A stretch of DNA of 64,000 nt, taken from the NCBI RefSeq assembly GCF_044324785.1, contig NZ_CP172127.1, one strand, 5' to 3'. This DNA is from Escherichia coli (GTDB lineage Bacteria > Pseudomonadota > Gammaproteobacteria > Enterobacterales > Enterobacteriaceae). The translations under genes and the position numbers were made by a program. Position 1 is the first letter of the stretch; each line of letters opens with the position of its first letter. This document shows positions 22,401 to 30,732 of this stretch, one piece after another. The notes under the pieces were generated by a model. The model made no database searches, was not told where the DNA came from, and saw nothing but the letters and a program-made list of their open reading frames with translations.

Positions 22401-24324
22401 CCTGGCAGAAGTCATCACCCCGGAAGGCAAAACGCAGTATGCGTATGACAAATCCGGCAGGCTGACGGGTATCTTCAGCCCGGACGGCACATCACAGCGC
22501 ACCGGCTACGACGAACGCGGGCGGGTGAATGTCACCACTCAGGGCAGACGGGCCATTGAGTACCACCACCCCGATGAACACACCGTTATCCGCTGTATCC
22601 TGCCACCGGAAGATGAACGCGACAGACACCCCGGTGAATCCCTGCTGAAAACCACCTACCGCTACAACGCCGCCGGAGAACTGACGGAGGTTATCCTGCC
22701 GGGGGATGAGACGCTGACGTTCAGCCGTGATGAGGCAGGACGTGAAGTGCTCCGGCACAGTAACCGGGGTTTTGCCTGTGAACAGGGCTGGAATGCAGCC
22801 GGTCAGCTTACCAGCCAGCGCGCCGGATTTTTCCCGGCGGAAGCCACATGGGGCGGACTGCTCCCCTCACTGGTGCGGGAGTACCGTTACGACAGCGCGG
22901 GCAATGTGTCGGCTGTCACCAGCCGGGAAGACTACGGACGGGAAACACGGCGGGAGTACCGGCTGGACCGGAACGGCCAGGTCACAACGGTGACAGCCTC
23001 AGGCACCGGGCTGGGCTATGGCGAAGGCGACGAGACTTATGGCTATGACAGCTGCGGCTACCTGAAGGCGCAGTCTGCGGGCAGGCACCGGATAAGTGAA
23101 GAGACTGACCAGTATGCCGGAGGCCACCGGCTGAAACAGGCCGGAAACACGCAGTATGACTATGACGCCGCAGGCCGGATGGTCAGCCGCACCAGACACC
23201 GTGACGGCTACCGCCCGGAAACAGAGCGGTTCCGGTGGGACAGCCGGGACCAGCTGACCGGGTATTGCAGCGCACAGGGGGAGCAGTGGGAATACCGCCA
23301 CGACGCCAGCGGCAGGCGGACGGAAAAACGCTGCGACCGGAAGAAAATCCGTTTTACGTACCTGTGGGACGGCGACAATATTGCGGAAATCCGGGAATAC
23401 CGCGATGATAAACTGTACAGCGTACGGCACCTGGTGTTTAACGGCTTTGAGCTGGTAAGCCAGCAGTGCAGCCGGGTACGGCAGGCGCATCCGTCCGTGG
23501 CCCCGCAGTGGGTGACGCGAACGAATTATGCGGTGAGCGACCTGACAGGCCGCCCGCTGATGCTCTTTAACAGTGAAGGTAAAACCGTCTGGCGGCCGGG
23601 ACAGACCAGCCTGTGGGGGCTGGCACTCAGCCTGCCCGCAGACACCGGCTACCCGGACCCGCGCGGGGAACTGGACCCGGAAGCCCCCCCCGGCCTGCTG
23701 TATGCGGGACAGTGGCAGGATACGGAATCGGGGCTGTGCTATAACCGGTTCCGGTATTACGAGCCGGAAACCGGAATGTACCTGGTGAGTGATCCGCTGG
23801 GGTTGCAGGGAGGTGAGCAGACTTACCGGTATGTGCCTAATCCTTGTGGGTATGTTGATCCGCTGGGGCTGGCAAAAACCAGTATTATAAAATCTTCTAC
23901 AGGCAAAATCCCACAAGGGTTAACAAAAAGCGAATTTGAGATTTTTTCAAAAAAATTAAAGGATGTATTAGCCCGAGAGGGAATCTCGACAGAGAATGTG
24001 TTTGTACATGGCAGTAGAGCCAGAGGAGATGCTGTATCAGGTGTTTCAGATATTGATATAAAAGTGATCCTTAGTGATAAAGATTTTGGTGCCTTTGCAG
24101 CAAGACGTATTGCTGAGTCCTCAGGAAGGACTCGAAATTTAATCAGGAAGGCCGTTGCTAAAAATCAAAAAATAAATTCAAGAGGAATTTCTAAAACTTT
24201 TGAATCTACTGTATGGGATGAGGTTTTCACTACCTTACCAAAAGGTGAGTTTTCAAGCATTCAAGTTTCTGTTATGACCAAAACTTCACCATTCAACACT
24301 AATCCGAGTATTATATTACCATGA
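19462..24324 (+). CDS. prePAAR/PAAR-Rhs T6SS effector with C-terminal nucleotidyltransferase-like toxin domain
   Basis: 1620 codons. Features in order: prePAAR-like AARLGDEIQH (19621-19650), hydrophobic helices, PAAR motifs (GKPAARA; NQPAARKGD), numerous YD repeats, and the core end DPLGLQGGEQTYRYVPNPCGYVDPLGL (ends 23871). An AT-rich 150-codon CT follows, containing HGSRARGDAVSGVSDIDIKV. Confidence 0.93.
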   Translation: MSEGPGGPQGATAGGTLAMRMLSQQAMVASQMKRAANDKAIAQMLASKKSGPPAARLGDEIQHKSFLGALAGAVLGAIVTIAEGCLIIAACATGPYALVLVPALMYASYKASDYVEEKQNQLESWINSFCDKDGAINTGSKNVNINGKPAARAAVTLPPPPLTEAIPSPPQGEPSWGDIATDLLESAAEKAVPLAKAWGNAVITLTDSNASFMDRLCAGTSLLFPYGPVLMEFATMVGGRGEIKKDVDFPEAGEDTALCDKETKPPRIAQGSSNVFINNQPAARKGDKLECSAAIVEGSPDVFIGGEQVTYLDIQPEFPPWQRMILGGITIASYLLPPAGLLGKMKNLARLGKLGNLLGKSGKLLGAKLGALLSRTKNALKNTYNVLKKFIKDPVDPVTGAYCDERTDFTLGQTLPLSFTRFHSSVLPLHGLTGVGWSDSWSEYAWVREQGNRVDIISQGATLYFAFDGDSDTAVNPYHAQYILRRRDDYLELFDRDALSSRFFYDAFPGMRLRHQVTGDTNDDRLAHSPGDRMYMLGGMSDTASNRITFERDSQYRITGVSHTDGIRLKLTYHASGYLKAIHRTDNGIQTLATYEQDERGRLTEADARLDYHLFYEYDDADRIIRWSDNDQTWSRFTYDAQGRCVTVTGAEGYYNATLDYGDGCTSVTDGKGIHRYYYDPDGNILREDAPDGSTTTYEWDEFHHLLARHSPAGRVEKFEYNAVHGQLSRYTAADGAVWQYRYDERGLLSNITDPAGQTWTQQCDERGLPVSLVSPQGEETRLAYTPQGLLSGIFRQDERRLGIEYDHHNRPETLTDVMGREHHTEYSGHDLPVKMRGPGGQSVRLQWQQHHKLSGLERAGTGAEGFRYDRHGNLLAYTDGNGVVWTMEYGPFDLPVARTDGEGHRWQYRYDKDTLQLTEVINPQGESYRYILDNCGRVTEERDWGGVVWRYRYDADGLCTARVNGLEETILYSRDAAGRLAEVITPEGKTQYAYDKSGRLTGIFSPDGTSQRTGYDERGRVNVTTQGRRAIEYHHPDEHTVIRCILPPEDERDRHPGESLLKTTYRYNAAGELTEVILPGDETLTFSRDEAGREVLRHSNRGFACEQGWNAAGQLTSQRAGFFPAEATWGGLLPSLVREYRYDSAGNVSAVTSREDYGRETRREYRLDRNGQVTTVTASGTGLGYGEGDETYGYDSCGYLKAQSAGRHRISEETDQYAGGHRLKQAGNTQYDYDAAGRMVSRTRHRDGYRPETERFRWDSRDQLTGYCSAQGEQWEYRHDASGRRTEKRCDRKKIRFTYLWDGDNIAEIREYRDDKLYSVRHLVFNGFELVSQQCSRVRQAHPSVAPQWVTRTNYAVSDLTGRPLMLFNSEGKTVWRPGQTSLWGLALSLPADTGYPDPRGELDPEAPPGLLYAGQWQDTESGLCYNRFRYYEPETGMYLVSDPLGLQGGEQTYRYVPNPCGYVDPLGLAKTSIIKSSTGKIPQGLTKSEFEIFSKKLKDVLAREGISTENVFVHGSRARGDAVSGVSDIDIKVILSDKDFGAFAARRIAESSGRTRNLIRKAVAKNQKINSRGISKTFESTVWDEVFTTLPKGEFSSIQVSVMTKTSPFNTNPSIILP
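21559..23844 (+). repeat. rhs core direct repeat, copy A (within the full-length rhs)
   Basis: Aligns with 27298-29583 at a constant offset of 5739 nt. The first ~80 nt are diverged and the rest is near-identical by eye. Confidence 0.9.
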
Positions 24325-24671
24325 AGAAAAAAGATATTAGATTTGCAATATCCATTAACTCCAACTTAAGTAAGATAGAATTAATGGAAAAAATTAAAAA
24401 TATAATCCCAGGGCTTATTGAAATAACTTCCAGTGCATTAAGAGAAGAAAAAAACATGGTAGTTATTGAAGAAAATGATCTTTATGACCCTATAAAAGCA
24501 GAGGGAGCTGATGGATGGATGTATTATAAATTCATATTATCCATATTCCCATTAAAGGGAGTGGAAACAACATTAGAATATCAACGGGAATTATCTTTTC
24601 TTTTCTTAAAGAAAATAAAAGATGCGGGCCTGTTGGGTGAACTTATATGCGAGGATGATTTTCATGACTGA
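24321..24671 (+). CDS. Presumptive cognate immunity protein of the Rhs NTase-like CT
   Basis: 116-codon AT-rich ORF whose ATG overlaps the rhs stop (ATGA), the usual Rhs CT/immunity arrangement. I recognise no motif in it. Confidence 0.7.
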   Translation: MKKKDIRFAISINSNLSKIELMEKIKNIIPGLIEITSSALREEKNMVVIEENDLYDPIKAEGADGWMYYKFILSIFPLKGVETTLEYQRELSFLFLKKIKDAGLLGELICEDDFHD

Positions 24672-24730
24672 TGACCTCTACATATATCCTCAGTTCGTGG
24701 CTGGTATTACATGATCTGACAGGGAAAGAT

Positions 24731-24880
24731 CGTGGCGAAATCAAAAAAGACGTGGATTTCCCGGAAGCCGGTGAGGACACGGCGCTCTGCGACAAGGAGA
24801 ACAAACCACCGAGGATAGCCCAGGGCAGCAGCAACGTCTTCATCAACAATCAGCCTGCCGCACGCAAAGGGGACAAACTG
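24731..24880 (+). pseudogene. 150-bp fragment of an rhs PAAR region
   Basis: Matches 20179-20328 of the main rhs (RGEIKKDVDFPEAGEDTALCDKE[N/T]KPPRIAQGSSNVFINNQPAARKGDKL). It is truncated on both sides and abuts the ISEc1 left end. Confidence 0.85.
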
Positions 24881-26171
24881 CAGGGAAAGATCACGTAACG
24901 CTGCTTTTTTGTACTAAATAATTCGCATTTTATGTTTAAAAATTGAGATATTCCTCATTACCTAAAGCTGTTTTTTATTGCTTATACATGATCAAATACT
25001 CCTTACATAATTAAGGAGAACAAAATGGAACTTAAAAAATTGATGGAACATATTTCTGTTATCCCCGATTACAGACAAGCATGGAAAGTAGAACATAAAT
25101 TGTCAGATATTCTACTGTTGACTATTTGCGCCGTCATTTGTGGTGCAGAAGGCTGGGAAGATATAGAGGATTTTGGTGAAACACATCTCGATTTTTTGAA
25201 GCAATATGGTGATTTTGAAAATGGTATTCCTGTCCACGATACCATTGCCAGAGTTGTATCCTGTATCAGTCCTGCAAAATTTCACGAGTGCTTTATTAAC
25301 TGGATGCGAGATTGCCATACTTCAGATGATAAAGACGTTATTGCAATCGATGGAAAAACACTCCGGCATTCTTATGACAAGAGTCGCCGCAGGGGAGCGA
25401 TTCATGTCATTAGTGCGTTCTCAACAATGCACAGTCTGGTCATCGGACAGATCAGGACGGATGAGAAATCTAATGAGATTACAGCTATCCCAGAACTTCT
25501 TAACATGCTGGATATTAAAGGAAAAATCATCACAACTGATGCGATGGGTTGCCAGAAAGATATTGCAGAGAAGATACAAAAACAGGGCGGTGATTATTTA
25601 TTCGCTGTAAAAGGAAATCAGGGGCGGCTTAATAAAGCCTTTGAGGAAAAATTCCCACTGAAAGAATTAAATAATCCAGAGCATGATAGTTACGCAATTA
25701 GTGAAAAGAGTCACGGCAGAGAAGAAATCCGACTTCATATTGTTTGCGATGTCCCTGATGAACTTATTGATTTCACGTTTGAATGGAAAGGGCTGAAGAA
25801 ATTATGCATAGCAGTCTCCTTTCGCTCAATAATAGCAGAGCAAAAGAAAGAGCCAGAAATGACGGTCAGATATTATATCAGTTCTGCTGATTTAAACACA
25901 GAAAAGTTCGCCACAGCAATCCGAAACCACTGGCACGTGGAGAATAAGCTGCACTGGCGTCTGGATGTGGTAATGAATGAAGACGACTGCAAAATAAGAA
26001 GAGGAAATGCAGCAGAATTATTTTCAGGGATACGGCACATCGCTATTAATATTTTGACGAATGATAAGGTATTCAAGGCAGGGTTAAGACGTAAGATACG
26101 AAAAGCAGCTATGGACAGAAACTACATGGCGTCAGTCCTTGCGGGGAGCGGGCTTTCGTAATCTTTCCCTG
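24881..26171 (+). mobile_element. ISEc1 (H-repeat, ISAs1 family), copy 1
   Basis: Imperfect terminal inverted repeats: cagggaaagatcacgtaacg on the left, and ...cgtaatctttccctg on the right. The element encloses the H-repeat-associated transposase ORF. Confidence 0.88.
25025..26161 (+). CDS. ISAs1-family (H-repeat-associated, YhhI-like) transposase
   Basis: 378 aa, [37 protein letters not shown]..., recognisable as the E. coli Rhs-associated H-rpt protein. AAGGAG SD upstream. Confidence 0.9.
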   Translation: MELKKLMEHISVIPDYRQAWKVEHKLSDILLLTICAVICGAEGWEDIEDFGETHLDFLKQYGDFENGIPVHDTIARVVSCISPAKFHECFINWMRDCHTSDDKDVIAIDGKTLRHSYDKSRRRGAIHVISAFSTMHSLVIGQIRTDEKSNEITAIPELLNMLDIKGKIITTDAMGCQKDIAEKIQKQGGDYLFAVKGNQGRLNKAFEEKFPLKELNNPEHDSYAISEKSHGREEIRLHIVCDVPDELIDFTFEWKGLKKLCIAVSFRSIIAEQKKEPEMTVRYYISSADLNTEKFATAIRNHWHVENKLHWRLDVVMNEDDCKIRRGNAAELFSGIRHIAINILTNDKVFKAGLRRKIRKAAMDRNYMASVLAGSGLS

Positions 26172-26396
26172 GACATGACGATTATTGTTCGTTCAAATCC
26201 GAGTAAAGCCGCTATTCTTGAAGAATTTTTACATGGTACACAAGAGAAACTAGGAATAGCTGAAAAATTAGGACGTTATGGACTAGGGAGTGCAGAAACG
26301 CACGTTAAGGATTTCATGATAAGACACAAAAAAATGCTTGGGTTATCTGATGAGGATGTAGCAATACTCAAAATATTGAAAGACAAGGGGTTGTGA
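26172..26396 (+). pseudogene. C-terminal stub of an orphan polymorphic-toxin CT, truncated by ISEc1
   Basis: The open frame starts exactly at the IS right end (…DMTIIVRSNPSKAAILEEFLHGTQEKLG…KDKGL). Its stop overlaps the next ATG (TGATG), as in toxin/immunity pairs. Confidence 0.55.
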
Positions 26397-26683
26397 TGAA
26401 TATAATTCTGCCGATAAAAGATATATTTATTATTGCGGGAAACATAGTTTTTAGCGTTTTATACAATGAACATATTGAGTTCCCATGCCGCTGCCAATTA
26501 CTATCTTCAAATTCTGAAGTTATGCAAGAGTTATATATTGAAAAAGAGTTATTTATTAAACGCACTACAGAAAATGATTGTCGTGCTTTAGTGTTAAGAG
26601 GAACATTGGAATACTTATTTGATGAAATTATTGCTGGCGATTGTGCATTGGCCTTATTACAAAAAGAAATAAAAAAAGATTAA
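26396..26683 (+). CDS. Presumptive orphan immunity protein 2
   Basis: 95-codon AT-rich ORF overlapping the upstream stub's stop by 1 nt. No recognisable motif. Confidence 0.55.
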   Translation: MNIILPIKDIFIIAGNIVFSVLYNEHIEFPCRCQLLSSNSEVMQELYIEKELFIKRTTENDCRALVLRGTLEYLFDEIIAGDCALALLQKEIKKD

Positions 26684-26699
26684 TCCAATATGTAGAACT

Positions 26700-26905
26700 G
26701 GACAATACCCATCTTTTAACAATGAACTTCGTAATTTTTATCTTAGAAATAATGCTACATTATATGAGGTATATCATGAAGTAATTCATGCCAAGCAATT
26801 TGCGAAAATATTTCTATCGGAGGTGCTGATGCACCATCTAATATGAGACTTATGGATATAATGACACATACAACTCATCATAAATATTACAGGCCTTGGG
26901 AATGA
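26700..26905 (+). pseudogene. Decayed orphan toxin CT with HExxH (zinc-metallopeptidase-like) motif
   Basis: One frame reads ...NELRNFYLRNNATLYEVYHEVIHAKQFAKI... and stops at 26844. Another frame, open from 26780, continues ...GGADAPSNMRLMDIMTHTTHHKYYRPWE* to 26905. This is consistent with a 1-nt frameshift near the A-run at ~26804. There is no rhs core upstream. Confidence 0.6.
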
Positions 26906-27264
26906 TAAATAAAATAGTGAAAAAAATGTTGGTTTCATATAGCCCTAAGAAACCGGAGTCTAGGGGCGGGGATTTTGTTATTCCGTTGTTTTTTAATGAG
27001 AAAGTTTCTTTTTTTAGCATAAAAAGTGGCAAGCCAGTGCGATATGGTCTTATGGTATTTACAGGGAAAGTAATTACCATAGATGATATTCTTAGTAAAG
27101 TTCGTTTTCCTGATGTTATGAATGAGCAAAATATTCAACCGTTAATTGACTTTATTAATAACATTAGCGATTTTAAAATAGGGGATGTTATTGAAATTGA
27201 TGATAATGGTAAATTGAAAGTTGTGCCAAAATCAGCAGGACACCCTGTGAGTAAATTGCCATGA
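26902..27264 (+). CDS. Presumptive orphan immunity protein 3
   Basis: 120-codon ORF from the ATG at 26902, overlapping the stub stop as ATGA. AT-rich, with no recognisable motif. Confidence 0.55.
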   Translation: MINKIVKKMLVSYSPKKPESRGGDFVIPLFFNEKVSFFSIKSGKPVRYGLMVFTGKVITIDDILSKVRFPDVMNEQNIQPLIDFINNISDFKIGDVIEIDDNGKLKVVPKSAGHPVSKLP

Positions 27265-27297
27265 TACTTAAGGGGCCTGATTTTCTGTTTTTGCCAG

Positions 27298-29583
27298 TGG
27301 GACGAATACCATCACCTGCTGGCGAGGCTGTCTCCGGCAGGACGGCTGGAAAAGTTTGACTATCATCTGACACTCGGTCAGTTAAGCCGTTACACGGCGG
27401 CAGACGGCGCGGAGTGGCAGTACCGCTATGATGAGCGCGGCCTGCTCAGCAACATCACCGACCCTGCCGGGCAGACGTGGACACAGCAGTGCGATGAACG
27501 CGGCCTGCCGGTGAGTCTGGTGTCGCCACAGGGCGAAGAGACCCGGCTGGCGTACACCGCTCAGGGGCTGCTGTCGGGGATATTCCGCCAGGATGAACGG
27601 CGTCTGGGCATAGAGTACGACCACCACAACCGGCCGGAAACACTCACCGACGTGATGGGCCGTGAACACCACACCGAATACAGCGGTCACGACCTGCCGG
27701 TGAAGATGCGCGGCCCCGGCGGTCAGTCAGTGCGCTTACAGTGGCAGCAGCACCATAAACTGAGCGGCATTGAACGTGCTGGAACCGGCGCGGAAGGATT
27801 TCGCTATGACCGCCACGGCAACCTGCTGGCCTGGACGGACGGCAACGGTGTTGACTGGACAATGGAATACGGCCCGTTTGATTTGCCGGTGGCGCGAACG
27901 GACGGTGAAGGCCACCGCTGGCAGTACCGCTACGATAAAGACACGCTGCAACTGACAGAAGTCATCAATCCGCAGGGCGAGTCATACCGTTATATTCTCG
28001 ACAACTGTGGGCGGGTGACGGAAGAGCATGACTGGGGCGGCGTGGTCTGGCGTTACCGCTATGACGCCGATGGTCTGTGTACCGCCAGGGTTAACGGCCT
28101 GGAGGAAACCATCCTCTACAGCCGGGACGCCGCAGGCCGCCTGGCAGAAGTCATCACCCCGGAAGGGAAAACGCAGTATGCGTATGACAAATCCGGCAGG
28201 CTGACGGGTATCTTCAGCCCGGACGGCACATCACAGCGCACCGGCTACGACGAACGCGGGCGGGTGAATGTCACCACTCAGGGCCGACGGGCCATTGAAT
28301 ACCACCACCCCGATGAACACACCGTCATCCGCTGTATCCTGCCACCGGAAGATGAACGCGACAGACACCCCGGTGAATCCCTGCTGAAAACCACCTACCG
28401 CTACAACGCCGCCGGAGAACTGACGGAGGTTATCCTGCCGGGGGATGAGACGCTGACGTTCAGCCGTGATGAGGCAGGACGTGAAGTGCTCCGGCACAGT
28501 AACCGGGGTTTTGCCTGTGAACAGGGCTGGAATGCAGCCGGTCAGCTTACCAGCCAGCGCGCCGGATTTTTCCCGGCGGAAGCCACATGGGGCGGACTGC
28601 TCCCCTCACTGGTGCGGGAGTACCGTTACGACAGCGCGGGCAATGTGTCGGCTGTCACCAGCCGGGAAGACTACGGACGGGAAACACGGCGGGAGTACCG
28701 GCTGGACCGGAACGGCCAGGTCACAACGGTGACAGCCTCAGGCACCGGGCTGGGCTATGGCGAAGGCGACGAGACTTATGGCTATGACAGCTGCGGCTAC
28801 CTGAAGGCGCAGTCTGCGGGCAGGCACCGGATAAGTGAAGAGACTGACCAGTATGCCGGAGGCCACCGGCTGAAACAGGCCGGAAACACGCAGTATGACT
28901 ATGACGCCGCAGGCCGGATGGTCAGCCGCACCAGACACCGTGACGGCTACCGCCCGGAAACAGAGCGGTTCCGGTGGGACAGCCGGGACCAGCTGACCGG
29001 GTATTGCAGCGCACAGGGGGAGCAGTGGGAATACCGCCACGACGCCAGCGGCAGGCGGACGGAAAAACGCTGCGACCGGAAGAAAATCCGTTTTACGTAC
29101 CTGTGGGACGGCGACAATATTGCGGAAATCCGGGAATACCGCGATGATAAACTGTACAGCGTACGGCACCTGGTGTTTAACGGCTTTGAGCTGGTAAGCC
29201 AGCAGTGCAGCCGGGTACGGCAGGCGCATCCGTCCGTGGCCCCGCAGTGGGTGACGCGAACGAATTATGCGGTGAGCGACCTGACAGGCCGCCCGCTGAT
29301 GCTCTTTAACAGTGAAGGTAAAACCGTCTGGCGGCCGGGACAGACCAGCCTGTGGGGGCTGGCACTCAGCCTGCCCGCAGACACCGACTACCCGGACCCG
29401 CGCGGGGAGCTGGACCCGGAAGCCGACCCCGGCCTGCTGTATGCAGGACAGTGGCAGGATACGGAATCAGGGCTGTGCTATAACCGGTTCCGGTACTACG
29501 AGCCGGAAACCGGAATGTACCTGGTGAGTGATCCGCTGGGGTTGCAGGGGGGTGAGCAGACTTACCGGTATGTGCCGAATCCT
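27298..29583 (+). repeat. rhs core direct repeat, copy B (orphan)
   Basis: See copy A. The offset is 5739 nt, and homology ends at the codon after the shared ...VPNP. Confidence 0.9.
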
Positions 29584-30051
29584 TTAAGATATAAAGATTT
29601 CTATGGGCTTAGTAAGAGTTCAATAATAACGAGAGGAAAGAATGCTGGTCATGGCTATGCAGCCAGCGTTACACCTGGAGGCAAAGGTACGGTGTTGGCT
29701 GGTCACGGAGGATCAAAATTTGGCGATAAAATGATTATACCAGAAGGCGTATCGATAACGATGCCGAGAGATGGTATTAAAATATCAGATATGACTGGAA
29801 AATTACTGGAATCTGGTAATGTGGATGATATAATTAAAGCTGCAAGTAATAATCCTCGTGTAGCTAGCGATCTTGAAGGTTGGGTTACTTATTTGCCCGG
29901 CACTGAAATCCCTGATTATATTTTAAAACCACCCACCAATCTTAACATACTGGAAAATTCAGTAACGGTGAACACTTCAACTTATTTATCTCAAATGGTA
30001 AATGCTGGTCAAGGTAATGTAATCTGGGCTGCATGCACCGAATTTTTTTAA
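27298..30051 (+). pseudogene. Orphan 5'-truncated rhs core with an intact alternative CT toxin domain
   Basis: The frame is open stop-to-stop from 27265 with no plausible start or N-terminal PAAR region. 27298-29583 parallels the main rhs core. It diverges after ...YRYVPNP into a distinct AT-rich 155-codon CT (LRYKDFYGLSKSSIITRGKNAGHGY...VIWAACTEFF). Confidence 0.85.
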
Positions 30052-30065
30052 CGCGGGGTAATCGT

Positions 30066-30548
30066 ATGTATTTTAAAGATGATACTGACTATACATATTT
30101 CCTTCCTAATGAATATTTTTTACACGGGGTGAAAAATGTGGGCTGGATAGACAGAGAACACCCCTTCACAAAAGGGATTAGTGACGCTGAATTTATTGAA
30201 AAGTTAAAAGCAATAATTCTAACAGAGAATGAAGCAACTTGTTTTTCAGTTAATAAAATAAGAGGATTTCACAAATGTAATTTTTGCAATAGTGAAATGA
30301 TAACAATAACCGATGGAAGAAAAAAAGGATACCTTGGCATGAGTGAAATATGGATTCCATCCATCCACCATAATGAGTATTACGCGTTTCCTTCATTAAT
30401 TTTCCATTATATAACATCTCACATGTATAGACCACCAGAGGACTTTATTGTATCTGTTTTAAACTTGAATTTAAGCGAGAGTTTTTGCGCTCAAAACATA
30501 TATGACAATAAAATTAAGGAATTAAAAATAGACTTCTGGTTTCGTTAA
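30066..30548 (+). CDS. Presumptive immunity protein of the orphan Rhs CT
   Basis: 160-codon AT-rich ORF from the ATG at 30066, 15 nt after the orphan rhs stop. It contains HKCNFCNSE. The annotated start at 30033 would overlap the toxin end and was not used. Confidence 0.6.
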   Translation: MYFKDDTDYTYFLPNEYFLHGVKNVGWIDREHPFTKGISDAEFIEKLKAIILTENEATCFSVNKIRGFHKCNFCNSEMITITDGRKKGYLGMSEIWIPSIHHNEYYAFPSLIFHYITSHMYRPPEDFIVSVLNLNLSESFCAQNIYDNKIKELKIDFWFR

Positions 30549-30568
30549 AGCTGGTAATTTAACTTATC

Positions 30569-30665
30569 GGGAATACCGCTATGATGGCAGTTTCAGACGG
30601 ACGGAGAAATGCTGTCAGCAAAAAGACTTCCGCTTCGCGTATCTGTGGGGCATGGGGATAATTTA
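30569..30665 (+). pseudogene. Diverged rhs core scrap
   Basis: Reads (W)EYRYDGSFRRTEKCCQQKDFRFAYLWG, paralleling WEYRHDASGRRTEKRCDRKKIRFTYLWDG of the main rhs (around 23286-23385) but clearly more diverged. Confidence 0.6.
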
Positions 30666-30732
30666 TCTTCATCAATTGATATATTGATTAATGGCAAGGA
30701 GGCCATTGAAATTCCGTAAGGCCAACTTGATA

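Noticed and set aside
24671-24898. 75-codon ORF starting right after the immunity gene.
   Set aside because: Its conserved part is a 150-bp internal piece of the rhs PAAR region fused to unrelated leader codons, and it reads into the IS terminus. I scored it as a gene fragment, not a functional PAAR protein.
26139-26171. Annotated start of ORF 26139-26396, which lies inside the ISEc1 right end.
   Set aside because: The first 11 codons are IS sequence (the transposase 3' end in another frame), so the ORF is a junction artefact. Only 26172-26396 is treated as a toxin stub.
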